Below, in pieces: positions 10,094 to 20,736 of a DNA stretch of 64,000 nucleotides. Numbering within the stretch: position 1 is the stretch's first letter; each line of letters begins with the position of its first letter. Position numbers and translations under genes: made by a program. Source of the DNA: Ignavibacteria bacterium. Lineage in GTDB: Bacteria; Bacteroidota; Ignavibacteria; Kapaibacteriales; UBA961. The notes beneath the pieces were generated by a model. That model did not search any database, was not told the origin of the DNA, and worked only from the letters and a program-made list of their open reading frames with translations. The DNA lies in assembly GCA_016873735.1 (NCBI GenBank), contig VGWD01000005.1, positions 1,929 to 65,928 of the forward strand, given 5' to 3'.

Positions 10094-10538
10094 TCTCTCA
10101 TCATGCATTGCGATCCTTGTGATATTCATCTCGATGCAGTTGATGAAGGCTCAGGATGAAATGCCAATGCTCAATAAAATGAAATCATTCAAGAAAATCA
10201 TGCTTATTGATAAGCTTAAAATGAATGAGGAGCAAGCAACACGTTTTTTTGCTCGATATCAGCAACATGAAGAGTATATTAAGGCGTCGCACAAGGAACT
10301 TGAACAAGCACTAGTGCATCTTGATGAATTACAAAAGTCAGGGAATCATGAGTATGACAAAGCAATACAGCAAGTTTTCGAGAAAGATCTTGCAACGCGA
10401 AAAACCATTATAGATAGAATGAAGGGGATGAAAGGTATTCTTTCTGAACAGCAATATGCTCAGTATATTCTGATTGAACATAGATTGCTGGATAATCTTC
10501 AGAAATTGGTTAAGCAAAGACAAAAAAGAAAGAAATGA
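10077..10538 (+). CDS. Periplasmic LTXXQ-motif (CpxP/Spy-like) protein
   Basis: It has a signal peptide and two LxxxQ motifs ('LNEEQATRF', 'LSEQQYAQY'). It is helical and charged. Its start overlaps the anti-sigma gene, so the three genes form one operon. Confidence 0.5.
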   Translation: MKNRCNLSSCIAILVIFISMQLMKAQDEMPMLNKMKSFKKIMLIDKLKMNEEQATRFFARYQQHEEYIKASHKELEQALVHLDELQKSGNHEYDKAIQQVFEKDLATRKTIIDRMKGMKGILSEQQYAQYILIEHRLLDNLQKLVKQRQKRKK

Positions 10539-10570
10539 AAAATCCCCTTCAATGAGAAAAGGATTGTTAT

Positions 10571-11869
10571 TTATGATCTTTTTCTTGGAGGTCTCATACC
10601 GGCATCTTTCGACCCTCTATTTGTACGCTTATCATCGCGCTTTTTGAATCCGCCGGCATCATCTCGTTTTTTGTATCCTTCATCTTCACGTTTTTTGTAT
10701 CCTCCGCCATCACGTTTTTTGTATCCGCCATCCTCACGTTTTTTGTATCCGCCATCTTCACGTTTTTTGTATCCGCCATCCTCACGTTTTTTGTATCCGC
10801 CATCTTCACGTTTTTTGTATCCGCCATCTTCACGTTTTTTGTATCCGCCATCCTCACGTTTTTTGTATCCGCCATCTTCACGTTTTTTGAATCCGCCGCC
10901 ATCATCGCGTTTTTTGTATCCTCCGCCGCCATCACGTTTCTTGTATCCGCCATCTTCACGTTTTTTGTATCCTCCGCCATCATCGCGTTTTTTATACTCT
11001 TTGTCATCCGATCTGGTAAAGCGTGGTGAGCGTTCTTTAGAAAAATCTGATCGTTTTCTGAATTCGCGCTGTGAATCTCGAGACTCATCTTTTTCGAATT
11101 CTGATTCATCTATACCTTTACGTTCGCTGCTTCTGATTTTTTTCTTTTCAGATGTTTCAAGTACGCTGAGAATCGTTCTTCCTGGATGACCTTCAAAAAC
11201 AATGACAAATTCTCCTTTAAAAGGAGATTCTGTGAATTTTGCGAATAGTTCGGAAAAAGTACCATAGTGATGATGCTCGAATGCCATGGTGAGATTACAA
11301 CCGATATAAGCTTTCCTGTCTGGTATTACTTTATTCGCTGCTTCCAATAATTGTTTCAAGCGATAGGGTGTTTCCAATAGAATTGTAGTGCGTGGTTCTA
11401 GAGCCAGAGCTTGTAATTGAGACAGACGTTCTTCGGTGGTTCTGCTTAAAAATCCTGCGCAAGTAAATACATCTGATTGGAATCCGCTTCGAACAAGTGC
11501 AGTCATGATTGAGCTCGCACCGGGAACAACGACGATATTGATACCTGCATCCAAAGCCAATTGTAATAGATATCGACCCGGATCAGCAAATATGGGAGTT
11601 CCTGCATCTGAAATCAAAGCGAATGTTTCGCCATTCTGCATGCGCTCTATTAGCTGAGGTGCATAGTATTCCTCATTATGTTCATTGAGCTGTTCTAGTT
11701 TAGCTGAAAAGTTGTGTCGTTTTATGAGCAATGCCCCAATCTTTTCTTCTTCGCAAATGATTGCATCAACTTTTTTCAGAACTTTTAATGCACGGAGTGA
11801 AATATCATCTTCATTTCCTATTGGAGTGGAGACGATATATAAAATTGATGCTTCTTTCTTCTTTCTCAT
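10571..11869 (-). CDS. rsmI: 16S rRNA (cytidine1402-2'-O)-methyltransferase RsmI fused to a long C-terminal low-complexity (KKREDGGY)n tail
   Basis: The N-terminal 235 aa is the tetrapyrrole-methylase/RsmI fold ('ILYIVSTPIGNEDDISLRAL', 'ISDAGTPIFADPG'). It continues with no stop into about 200 aa of Lys/Arg/Glu/Asp/Gly/Tyr repeats. Confidence 0.8.
   Translation of the reverse strand: MRKKKEASILYIVSTPIGNEDDISLRALKVLKKVDAIICEEEKIGALLIKRHNFSAKLEQLNEHNEEYYAPQLIERMQNGETFALISDAGTPIFADPGRYLLQLALDAGINIVVVPGASSIMTALVRSGFQSDVFTCAGFLSRTTEERLSQLQALALEPRTTILLETPYRLKQLLEAANKVIPDRKAYIGCNLTMAFEHHHYGTFSELFAKFTESPFKGEFVIVFEGHPGRTILSVLETSEKKKIRSSERKGIDESEFEKDESRDSQREFRKRSDFSKERSPRFTRSDDKEYKKRDDGGGYKKREDGGYKKRDGGGGYKKRDDGGGFKKREDGGYKKREDGGYKKREDGGYKKREDGGYKKREDGGYKKREDGGYKKREDGGYKKRDGGGYKKREDEGYKKRDDAGGFKKRDDKRTNRGSKDAGMRPPRKRS
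10640..10995. repeat. Tandem array of about 15 copies of a 24-nt unit (CGTTTTTTGTATCCGCCATCYTCA on the + strand), in frame within the rsmI 3' region
   Basis: The repeat is directly visible. The eight core copies differ only at one synonymous C/T position, and the outer copies are degenerate 24/27-nt variants. Confidence 0.95.
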
Positions 11870-13541
11870 TAATAACCTGTAAGAAGTAATGTCGAAGTGG
11901 AAAAAGTTGAAGTTTGCAAATGCAGTATCGATGTTTTACAATAGTTAGCAGTTTTCAGAAATACAGTGCCATGCATATCACTCCAAAGTATTTCATTAGT
12001 AATATCTTGAAGTAATTTTCCTTGTAGATCATATACCTTCGCAGAAAAATATGTTCTATCGTTCACAGTGAATGCTATATGTTGTATATCTGTAGGTTGA
12101 CTCGAATTATGAACTACTATCAATTGCTTGATTTCAATATCATTTATGGATGTAGTAGTTTCGGTTGATATTGGTATGGCAAGTGTTGGTATTCCATCAG
12201 CAAATCGTATGCGCAATAAAGTACCGCTTGGCATTTGAGTCGTAATCAATACCTTGGCGATTATTGAATTGCCCGGTGTGATCAATGAATCGATTGACAA
12301 GACTTTCGCTTTATCAGTCAAGGGTCGAAACTCAGTTGTATTGATCTTGAGAGTTTGATTACCTTTATTTATTATCGGGATTTCTACTATCATTGAGTCT
12401 TGAAATTGAGCATGAATACCCAAAGGGTCTGTCGCCGGTTCGGGATACAGAGGAAAAGCCGGCTGAGTAGATAATCTGAACATCCTGTCGATCATATCCG
12501 GATGGGCTATGTAAGGATTCATCCTCTTCTGTGCAGAAGAGATTAAGATTGCACGACTTCGTTCTCTTTCATCAACCGGATCTTGTTTATTCCATGAACG
12601 AATAAGTGTTTCCATATTAGTAAGAAAACCCGAATTATCGAATGTTCCTTTTCTATTGCCATATCTCGTTGCAAAATAGAGTAAACTTCTGGCAACGTTG
12701 CCCTTCATTTTATCTCTTGGTTCGAAGACTGTATCTGCTGATGCTTGTGGAAGGCCAAGTTTAGATCCGCCTGATTCCCATGATAATGATCTGTTTACTA
12801 TTCCATATGGATGATTTGAACGTCGCTCATTGGCTTTTGAATCTGATGGATAGATGATATAAATATCTGACCTTGCAGGTTCTTGATCGGCACCTTTGCT
12901 TTGAGGCCAAGAATGTTCAGTATTAAAGAGGTTTATATTAGGAATCCCGCTTGTTTGAATCGATTTACCTGTGTAAACGCATTCAACCATACCATTTACA
13001 TTATCAGCTTTCGAAAACATGAATTGTCTGGCATCTGAATAAGTGAACATCAAGGATTCGTTCAGATATTTATTGAGAGAATTATATAATTCCTGACCTT
13101 CAAGGTTTTGGGTAAAAGAAAATTCGCCATTGGGATATGTTGCTTTGCCATGTAACTTGGTGATAAGCGAGTAGCGCATGACAGGGCATGTCACACGTAT
13201 AATTGCATTTCCGCTATGTGTCATATTGTGTGGGGTAGCAAATCGGAAGGTCAGCTGTTTGCTTTCACCTGGAGATAATATTAATCGCTTATTGTCCATA
13301 ACGGTGAACACATCCCATCGAGAAAATATCATGACCGAATCAATGGTAATTGTTTCCATTGTAGGATTGGTAATCAAGATTGTTGAGCTTGTTTCATCGA
13401 TTGTTTGAATTGTGCCAAAGTCTATGCTACTAGTTGATAGGATGACTTTGCATGGATGTTCGGACATTGCACTTTGTAATGGATGATAAATCCACATCAT
13501 TGATACAATCAAACCAATTATGTAAACAATGTTTTTCATAA
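11869..13541 (-). CDS. Secreted endonuclease I-family nuclease with Ig-like domains and a T9SS C-terminal sorting domain
   Basis: The signal peptide is MKNIVYIIGLIVSMMWIY. Endonuclease_1-like motifs 'CVYTG', 'NTEHSWPQS', 'GNVARSLLYFATRY' and 'DPVDERER...RMNPYI' are present. The CTD-like tail is '...KVYDLQGKLLQDITNE...'. Its stop overlaps the rsmI start (TAATG). Confidence 0.6.
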
Positions 13542-14282
13542 GGATTGCATACTTTGAAATTGCTCCTCTTCCCATTTGGAAGAGATGATATCTGCAATTT
13601 GAGAAAAATCGCAAGAATGACCCAAGCATTCAGATAACGATGTGGAATGGTTGTTCAAAGCATTGCGTAGCAAGACGGCCTCATCACTTGATGTTGAAAG
13701 AATATCGGCAATATTCAAATATGAATTATCCAATGGCAGAGATCCGTGCTGCAGTAATACTCCATCAATGATTCTTTGGGCACTACCTATGAGTTTTTTC
13801 CCCTTACAAGTCAATTCATGACGAGCAGAAGCAGAAAAGCAAGCAGATGATTCCATTGATTGATAATGTTCCTGAAAAGATGGTACGCCTTTGGCGAATT
13901 CCAAATCTTGTATCGATAATGATTGCAAACATTTCAAGAAAAAGTGATGAATATCACGGTAAACATTATGAGCATCTTCCATCGAAGCACATGGCATTGT
14001 TATGCAGTATGTTAACTCATTAGCATGAAGAACAGCTCTGCCACCGGTAGGTCGATAAACAATCGGTATCGAGCGTTCTTTGCACTGTTTTTCTATGGTT
14101 GATGTTAATAATTGATGTTTTCCAAGAGAAAGAGTATGACGATCCCAGGCATAAATCCGAAATAGTGATTGTGTTGATATTGTTTCATGTAATGAACGTG
14201 CTAGCTCTTGAGCATTGTTCATATCCAAAGACATGTTTTCTTCACCACTGAGGAAACCACTATTGACGAAAGACCAATTCAT
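13536..14282 (-). CDS. Lipoate-protein ligase / octanoyltransferase family protein (BPL_LplA_LipB catalytic domain)
   Basis: 'RPTGGRAVLHANELTYCI' resembles the LplA/LipM active-site region. The length is 248 aa. Confidence 0.5.
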   Translation of the reverse strand: MNWSFVNSGFLSGEENMSLDMNNAQELARSLHETISTQSLFRIYAWDRHTLSLGKHQLLTSTIEKQCKERSIPIVYRPTGGRAVLHANELTYCITMPCASMEDAHNVYRDIHHFFLKCLQSLSIQDLEFAKGVPSFQEHYQSMESSACFSASARHELTCKGKKLIGSAQRIIDGVLLQHGSLPLDNSYLNIADILSTSSDEAVLLRNALNNHSTSLSECLGHSCDFSQIADIISSKWEEEQFQSMQSL

Positions 14283-15241
14283 GATTGAGAATCACTGAAG
14301 TGTAAAGTTGCGATGATTTCTCTGCAATACTGTTCATCTTTATATAATTGATCTCGTAATGACTGAAGAGAAGTAAATTGTTGCTCATCTCTAATATATT
14401 TCAAAAACCAAATCACTATCTGTTGATGGTATAGATCTTCATCGAGATCAAAAAAATGTACTTCTAGTCTGATATCATCAAGATTGTTTACGGTTGGTCT
14501 TGTGCCAATATTTGCCATTCCATATACTGTTTTTCCTTGTATATCAGAAGAAACAAAGTATACTCCATTTTTTGGCAATAGCTTGGCGGGATTGGCTGCT
14601 TGCACATTTGCAGTCGGATATCCGATTGTTCTACCGCGTTGATCGCCATGAATCACCATGCCCTCCACGAAATATGGATGACCAAGCAATTCAAAAGCTT
14701 GTTGTAGATAACCATGTTTCAGGGCGGATCTTATCTCGGTACTGCTGATTGTTGTTAAATCAATGAGCATGGCATTTATTTGATGCACTTTGAATCCAAG
14801 CTCCGATGAAAGCGCATGCAAAGTCTGTGCATCACCTTCTCTAGATTTTCCGAATCCATGATCATAACCAATGAAGATGTCAGAGCAGCCGATACGTTCA
14901 TGTATGAATGTTTTTATGAATTCATCGGCCCCAATTTGAGAAAATTCTTTTGTAAAAGGGATAATCACAACCGTATCCACTCCATAAGATTCCAATAATT
15001 GTAATCTCTCGGATATATCGGTCAGCAAGGAAATGGGAGGTTTATCAAGTCTTTGAATAACCAATTGCGGATGAGGTTCAAAGGTCACTACAACAGTACG
15101 CGCATTGCTTTTTGATTTCTTTAATTCATTCATTGAATCGATGATTTGCTGATGTCCTTTGTGAACGCCATCAAATGTCCCAACGGTCAAGATTGTGTTA
15201 GGATCATGTGGAATGGAATCAAAAAGTGAGTAGACAATCAT
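14279..15241 (-). CDS. ribF: Bifunctional riboflavin kinase / FMN adenylyltransferase
   Basis: The adenylyltransferase motif 'TVGTFDGVHKGHQQII' is present. The C-terminal riboflavin kinase region has 'GYPTANV'. Confidence 0.9.
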   Translation of the reverse strand: MIVYSLFDSIPHDPNTILTVGTFDGVHKGHQQIIDSMNELKKSKSNARTVVVTFEPHPQLVIQRLDKPPISLLTDISERLQLLESYGVDTVVIIPFTKEFSQIGADEFIKTFIHERIGCSDIFIGYDHGFGKSREGDAQTLHALSSELGFKVHQINAMLIDLTTISSTEIRSALKHGYLQQAFELLGHPYFVEGMVIHGDQRGRTIGYPTANVQAANPAKLLPKNGVYFVSSDIQGKTVYGMANIGTRPTVNNLDDIRLEVHFFDLDEDLYHQQIVIWFLKYIRDEQQFTSLQSLRDQLYKDEQYCREIIATLHFSDSQS

Positions 15242-16005
15242 CGTGAGCCCAATATTTGTTGTTGTGTAAGTGGGATATCCATCGTGGCAATATTGAAGGA
15301 TTGTTCGAAATTCTGTATTGTGATTGCATCACTAACCAGAAATTCACCACTGGATATTCTTCTTAAGGCTGTTAAATAACCGACAGTTCCCAGTTTTTCG
15401 GCTATGTCTCTTGCAAGAGAACGAATATATGTCCCCTTCGAGCAATCAATGGTTATATGAAGCAAATTGTCTTTGAACTCATCCAAAGAGATTGAGTGTA
15501 TAGTGATGGTCCGGGGTTCAATCTCTTCTTGGATTCCTTTTCTAGCTTTTTTATACAATGGAATACCATTTATTTTCAGAGCGGAGAACATAGGAGGAAT
15601 CTGCTGGGTTTCGCCAATGAATGAATCAAGAACAATCCGAATTGAATCTTTTGTGATGTTTTCGGGAATATTCGCAAATACTGACTCTTCAGTTTCGCAA
15701 TCATATGAAATCGTTGAAGCGCCAAGTTTGATTATTGCTTGATATGCTTTTGATGAGTTTTGATATTGGGTAATGAGCTTTGTAGCAGGCCTGCCGACAC
15801 AAACAATCAATAATCCCGTTGCAAGTGGATCTAGTGTACCTGCATGACCGATTTTTTTGATGCCGAGAATTCTACGGAGTTTGGCAACAACATCAAATGA
15901 TGTCCAATTCAAATCCTTATCAATGAGGATGACGGCACCATGTTCCAAAGCTTCTGCATGCCACGAAGGAATAGACGACAATGAATGCAGAGTAAGAATG
16001 TTCAT
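15238..16005 (-). CDS. truB: tRNA pseudouridine(55) synthase
   Basis: The catalytic motif 'GHAGTLDPLATGLL' is present. Confidence 0.9.
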   Translation of the reverse strand: MNILTLHSLSSIPSWHAEALEHGAVILIDKDLNWTSFDVVAKLRRILGIKKIGHAGTLDPLATGLLIVCVGRPATKLITQYQNSSKAYQAIIKLGASTISYDCETEESVFANIPENITKDSIRIVLDSFIGETQQIPPMFSALKINGIPLYKKARKGIQEEIEPRTITIHSISLDEFKDNLLHITIDCSKGTYIRSLARDIAEKLGTVGYLTALRRISSGEFLVSDAITIQNFEQSFNIATMDIPLTQQQILGSR

Positions 16006-16048
16006 GAAATCAACATTGAGAATGATAATTAGGCAGAGTCAAGGAGCA

Positions 16049-16420
16049 TTAAGATGACTCATTTCCATCACGCAGGCGATCATGTTGTTTAGTTTGCTCG
16101 ACGAGTTTTTGTATCTGCTCCATCGCATCCATGGTTTCATCTCGGTAGAAACGAAGCTCAGGTGCAAAACGCAATTGAACTACATGTGCCACATGTTTGC
16201 GTATTAAGGATTTATCGGTTTCGATGGCTTGCAAAACATCAGCAATTGATGATTTTCCACCTATGCAACTTATATACACCTTTGCAATTTGAAGATCCGG
16301 CGACATTTTGACTGATGTTACCGTAATCAATCCTGCATTAATCTCGGATGCAATTTTCCGCAAAGGATCGGACAATGCTTCAACAATCACCGATGCTACT
16401 TTTTCCGTGCGAATAGACAT
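16049..16420 (-). CDS. rbfA: Ribosome-binding factor A
   Basis: The RbfA KH-like fold is 123 aa and begins 'RTEKVASVIVEALSD'. Its position after infB is typical. Confidence 0.85.
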   Translation of the reverse strand: MSIRTEKVASVIVEALSDPLRKIASEINAGLITVTSVKMSPDLQIAKVYISCIGGKSSIADVLQAIETDKSLIRKHVAHVVQLRFAPELRFYRDETMDAMEQIQKLVEQTKQHDRLRDGNESS

Positions 16421-16421
16421 G

Positions 16422-19277
16422 TCAGCTTAACTTCCTTTTGACTTCAACTTGCTTATAAGCCTCGATGATGTCTCCAACTTGTATATCATTGTAGCCATTG
16501 ATGCTCATTCCACATTCATAATTTGTGTCCACTTCACGAACATCATCTTTGAAGCGTTTAAGAGCCGATAATGTAGAATTATAAACGGGAAAGCCGTCAC
16601 GCAAGACGCGAACTCTGTCATTTCTGTTGATTTTTCCGGAAGTAACATAGCATCCTGCAACGGTTCCAATCTTGCTGATTTTGAATACTTGTCTGATTTC
16701 AGCGGTACCCGTGATTTCCTCTTTGATTTCAGGAGAAAGCAATCCTTCCAATGCCATCTGTATTTCATTGATACAGTCATAGATGATTGTGTACAATCGT
16801 ATGTCAACACCTTCTGATTCCGCGGATTTTCTCGCCTGTGATGTAGGGGAGACATGGAAGCCGACGACAACTGCACTTGATGCTGCAGCGAGCATCACAT
16901 CTGATTCTGAAATAGGGCCTACACCTTTGTGTAGAATGGTCACTTTTGCTTCGTCTCTGGTGAGTTTTTGCAATGAATCTGAAAGTGCTTCAAGTGATCC
17001 ACTCACATCACCTTTGATGATGAGTCGAAGTTCTTTGGTACCACCACGAAGAATGTCTTGAGAAATTTCATCGAGAGTAATCGGACGCATTTGCTTGAAA
17101 TGTTGTTCTCTTTTCAATTGCTGACGTTTGATTGCAATTGCTCTGGCTTCAGCTTCCTGTTCCAGCACGGCGAACAAATCACCAGCTTGCGGAGCTCCGT
17201 CAAAACCGGATACTTGAACGGGAACAGAAGGCCCTGCTGATTCAACTCGATGTCCTCGCTCATCATACATTGCTCGAACCCGACCTGAATAGATTCCAGC
17301 TACAAATGCATCGCCGATTTTCAATGTTCCTTTTTGAACCATCACGGATGCAAGAACTCCTTTTCCTTTATCCAAGTGCGATTCAATGATTGTTCCTCTC
17401 GCGATTCGATTTGGATTTGCCTTCAGATTCAATAATTCTGCTTCAAGGAGGATCTTTTCCATCAATCCTTCAATATTGATTCCTTTCTTGGCGGAAATTT
17501 CAGCGCATTGATACTTACCTCCCCAGTCTTCAACCAATACACCGCGGTCCGCCAATTGTTGCTTCACTCTGTCTGGATTCGCATCTTCCTTGTCGATCTT
17601 GTTCAAAGCCACTACGATGGGAACATTTGCAGCTTGAGCATGGCTGATGGCCTCTATTGTTTGGGGCATCACATTGTCATCTGCCGCAACCACAAGAACA
17701 ACAATGTCTGTTACTTGGGCACCGCGTGCACGCATGGCGGTAAATGCTTCATGACCCGGCGTGTCCAAAAATGCTATTGTCCTTCCATCAGGAAGATCAA
17801 CATGATATGCTCCGATATGTTGGGTTATGCCTCCGGATTCACCGGCAACAACATTGGTTTTACGGATATAATCAAGAAGTGAGGTCTTTCCATGATCGAC
17901 ATGCCCCATGATCGTGACGATTGGGGGTCTTGCCAATAATGATTCCTCGGCGTCTTCGATGTCGGTGATTTCTTGTGCAGCTTGTTCATCTAGGAAATCA
18001 ACCTGGAATCCATAATCATCTGCTATGAGCGTGATGGTGTCTTTATCAAGTCTTTGATTGATGCTGACCATCAAGCCCAAAGACATACACTTCATGATGA
18101 TTTCAGCTGCCGTGGTTCCCATAAGGGCGGCAAGATCAGCTGTTGTTACGAATTCAGTCAGGCGTAGAATTGTACTTTCGCGTTCGATCTCTTCAATTCT
18201 ACGAGCTTCTTTTTCTTCTCGTTCTAGTTTTTTCTTCTGCTTGAGTTTCGTTTTGAAACCTGATCCGGAATCTTCCATTCCTGACAGTGTTTCGCGAATT
18301 GCTCTTGTTACATCTTCTTCGGTGATAGTTTCACGAATTGATTTTTTCTTCTTTTTCTTTTTGTCTACACCTTTGGCATCTTTCGACGGTGCTGGACGGA
18401 AGTTCTTCTTTGCACCTTTATCTGCATCATCCTCAGTCTTGGCAGGTGCGATGCCGAATCCGTCTTCTTGGCCTTTGGCCTTTAAGCGTTCACCAATCGA
18501 ATGTTGATTTCCTTGCCTGTTTTGTCTACGATCATCGTCTCGTCTTTCACCTTGTTGAGGGCGATCGCCTCTCTTTGCATTTCTGTCCGGTCTGCCATAA
18601 CGATCACCTTCTTCTTGCCGAGAGGAAACTGTGATTTTTCCTACTACAGTCAAACCTCTAAGATGTGGCATCGACCCTGCTTCATACTCAACTTCATTGA
18701 TGCGTTTTTTTCTTTTCTTCTTTGGTTCTTGAGAATCATCATAAGTTTTTGTGACGGTTTCTTGAGCAGGTTCAGCTATGCTTTCCTCTGCCTTTTCAGA
18801 AGGTGTTTCGGTTGATGGAGGTATGGGTTCGGATTCAACAATGTCAGTTGCTGCCAAGATCTCAGTTTCAGTCTTTGTTTTTTTCTTTGTAGATTTTTTT
18901 GGAGCGGGTTGTTCTTTGCTTTCAGATTCTTCCGGTACCGAAGGAGCTGATTGCACTTCTTCCAAAGGCTCTGCTGTCTGCGGTTCGGGAGCTGCTTCCT
19001 CTTCTGAAACTGCTTCTGATAGGGCATCTTCAGACTCGCCTTTTTCAGGATTGCGAGCATGGTGATACTTTTCAAGCTTTTCTCTTTGCTTTTCAGCTGC
19101 TTTCGCTTCTCGGGCGAATTTATCCATGACTACGTCAACCATCTCATCTGTTAGTACAGATGTAGGTTTATTTTCAACGCTGAAACCTTTGCCTTGAAGA
19201 AATTCTACAATGGCATCCTTCCCAATATTGATTTGGGAGGCAAGCTTGAATAATCGTGTTCCTTTTGATGCAGGCAT
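16422..19277 (-). CDS. infB: Translation initiation factor IF-2
   Basis: The G domain has '[18 protein letters not shown]', 'DTPGHEAF' and 'NKIDK'. The N-terminal region is charged and low-complexity. The length is 951 aa. Confidence 0.95.
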   Translation of the reverse strand: MPASKGTRLFKLASQINIGKDAIVEFLQGKGFSVENKPTSVLTDEMVDVVMDKFAREAKAAEKQREKLEKYHHARNPEKGESEDALSEAVSEEEAAPEPQTAEPLEEVQSAPSVPEESESKEQPAPKKSTKKKTKTETEILAATDIVESEPIPPSTETPSEKAEESIAEPAQETVTKTYDDSQEPKKKRKKRINEVEYEAGSMPHLRGLTVVGKITVSSRQEEGDRYGRPDRNAKRGDRPQQGERRDDDRRQNRQGNQHSIGERLKAKGQEDGFGIAPAKTEDDADKGAKKNFRPAPSKDAKGVDKKKKKKKSIRETITEEDVTRAIRETLSGMEDSGSGFKTKLKQKKKLEREEKEARRIEEIERESTILRLTEFVTTADLAALMGTTAAEIIMKCMSLGLMVSINQRLDKDTITLIADDYGFQVDFLDEQAAQEITDIEDAEESLLARPPIVTIMGHVDHGKTSLLDYIRKTNVVAGESGGITQHIGAYHVDLPDGRTIAFLDTPGHEAFTAMRARGAQVTDIVVLVVAADDNVMPQTIEAISHAQAANVPIVVALNKIDKEDANPDRVKQQLADRGVLVEDWGGKYQCAEISAKKGINIEGLMEKILLEAELLNLKANPNRIARGTIIESHLDKGKGVLASVMVQKGTLKIGDAFVAGIYSGRVRAMYDERGHRVESAGPSVPVQVSGFDGAPQAGDLFAVLEQEAEARAIAIKRQQLKREQHFKQMRPITLDEISQDILRGGTKELRLIIKGDVSGSLEALSDSLQKLTRDEAKVTILHKGVGPISESDVMLAAASSAVVVGFHVSPTSQARKSAESEGVDIRLYTIIYDCINEIQMALEGLLSPEIKEEITGTAEIRQVFKISKIGTVAGCYVTSGKINRNDRVRVLRDGFPVYNSTLSALKRFKDDVREVDTNYECGMSINGYNDIQVGDIIEAYKQVEVKRKLS

Positions 19278-19335
19278 ACAACCTATGGTTGAATGTTAAA
19301 AAATATCAATTACATGAGTTCTACTGATGTCATGC

Positions 19336-20696
19336 TTAAGAATCTTGTTGATCTCCGGAACTTTCATTTGAAGGTTCATCAGGAATGGTATTTGCCACCT
19401 GAATGGCATCTCTGATTTCGGGTCTTTCTTGTTCTTCGAACTCAGAAAGAATAATGTCTCGAATATCGAGCAATGTATTTTTGGTCATGCTCGGAATCTC
19501 TAATAAATCATAAATGTCTGCTTCAAGAAACTCGCGAGCAGTATCTATGCCGAGATTAATGATGTTTTCATACATTTCTTTACCGATTTCATCTCTGAAT
19601 TCTATGAGTTCAATGTCTTCGCCACCCTCTTTGATCAAGGTGATATTGAAACCGGTTAATTTTGATGCAAGGCGTACATTTTGACCATTTCTTCCGATTG
19701 CCAAAGAAACTTGATCATCTGGTACAACAACCGTTGCAGAGCGAGTCTCCGGTGCTATCACGATATCTCTTATTCTAGCCGGTGCCAATGCTTTGGCTAT
19801 AAACACTTTCGGATCGGTTGAGTATTCGATCACATCAATATTTTCATTGTTCAATTCGCGAACTATAGAGTGAATACGAATGCCTTTCATCCCAACGCAA
19901 GCGCCAACAGGATCAACTCGTTCATCATATGATAATACTGCAACTTTGGCTCTTTCACCGGGGTCTCGTGCAATTGATTTGATTTCTATAATGCCGTCAT
20001 ATACTTCTGGAATTTCGATTTCAAAGAGACGTGCAAGAAATTCATCTGCAGCGCGTGACAAAATGATGTCAGGCGTACCGTTTCCTTGCATTCTGCGAAC
20101 TTCTTTGATGATCGCCTTGACAGACATATTTTTCTTATATCGTTCATTGTGTATCTGTTCTTCGCGAGGCATGCGCATTTCAGTTTTATTGTGCATGATG
20201 AGCAGGCTTCCGGGGCGAACCTGATACACCTCCCCTACAATGATTTCTCCGACTTTTTCATTGAATTCATTGAATACATTGTCTTTTTCTACATCACGAA
20301 TTCTTTGCCCAAGAGTCTGCGTTGCCAAGGCAATCAATCGTCTGCCAAAATTATCAGATATGTTCTCAAGTGTGATTTCCTCAATGAATTCATCTCCGAT
20401 TTCAAATGTTTCGGCTGAACGTGTTGACACTTCTTTCAATGATATTTCCAATGCAGGATCTTCAACTTCCTCAACAATGGTGCGCATGAGATAAATCTCC
20501 AAATCACCTTTGTTCATGTTTACAACAATGTCAAAATTGGCTTCCTGACCATACTTCTTGCGGATAAGCATGGAAAGCGTCTCGACAAGCATCCCCTGCA
20601 GAAGATCTTTGTCTATACTTTTTTCACGTGCCATTTCGGCAAATGCTTCAATGATTAGCTTTTTGTCGTACTTGGGTTTGACTTTACGGCGTGCCA
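19336..20696 (-). CDS. nusA: Transcription termination/antitermination factor NusA
   Basis: The NusA N-terminal domain, S1 domain and KH domains are recognisable. The ORF track start is TTG; the first ATG (MARRK) is at about 20696. Confidence 0.9.
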
Positions 20697-20736
20697 TGTT
20701 GTTGATGTTTGTTTGTGATACTACCTGTGCAATCAA

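Noticed and set aside
10640-10995. Possible CRISPR array, suggested by the regular short direct repeats.
   Set aside because: The units are contiguous with no intervening unique spacers. They lie inside a coding frame and no cas genes are present.
10594-11189. Two long antisense or alternate-frame ORFs across the rsmI repeat: 10594-11109 minus (KNVKMADT...) and 10644-11189 plus (SSRFLYPP...).
   Set aside because: They are by-products of the 24-nt periodic repeat, which keeps all frames open. They have no start context, and the RsmI-continuing frame is the biologically coherent one.
16500-19130. Many 60-150-aa ORFs on the plus strand antisense to infB, and similar ones antisense to nusA (19880-20767).
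   Set aside because: These are typical shadow ORFs opposite long AT-rich genes. They have no homology or ribosome-binding sites, and the sense-strand genes are unambiguous.
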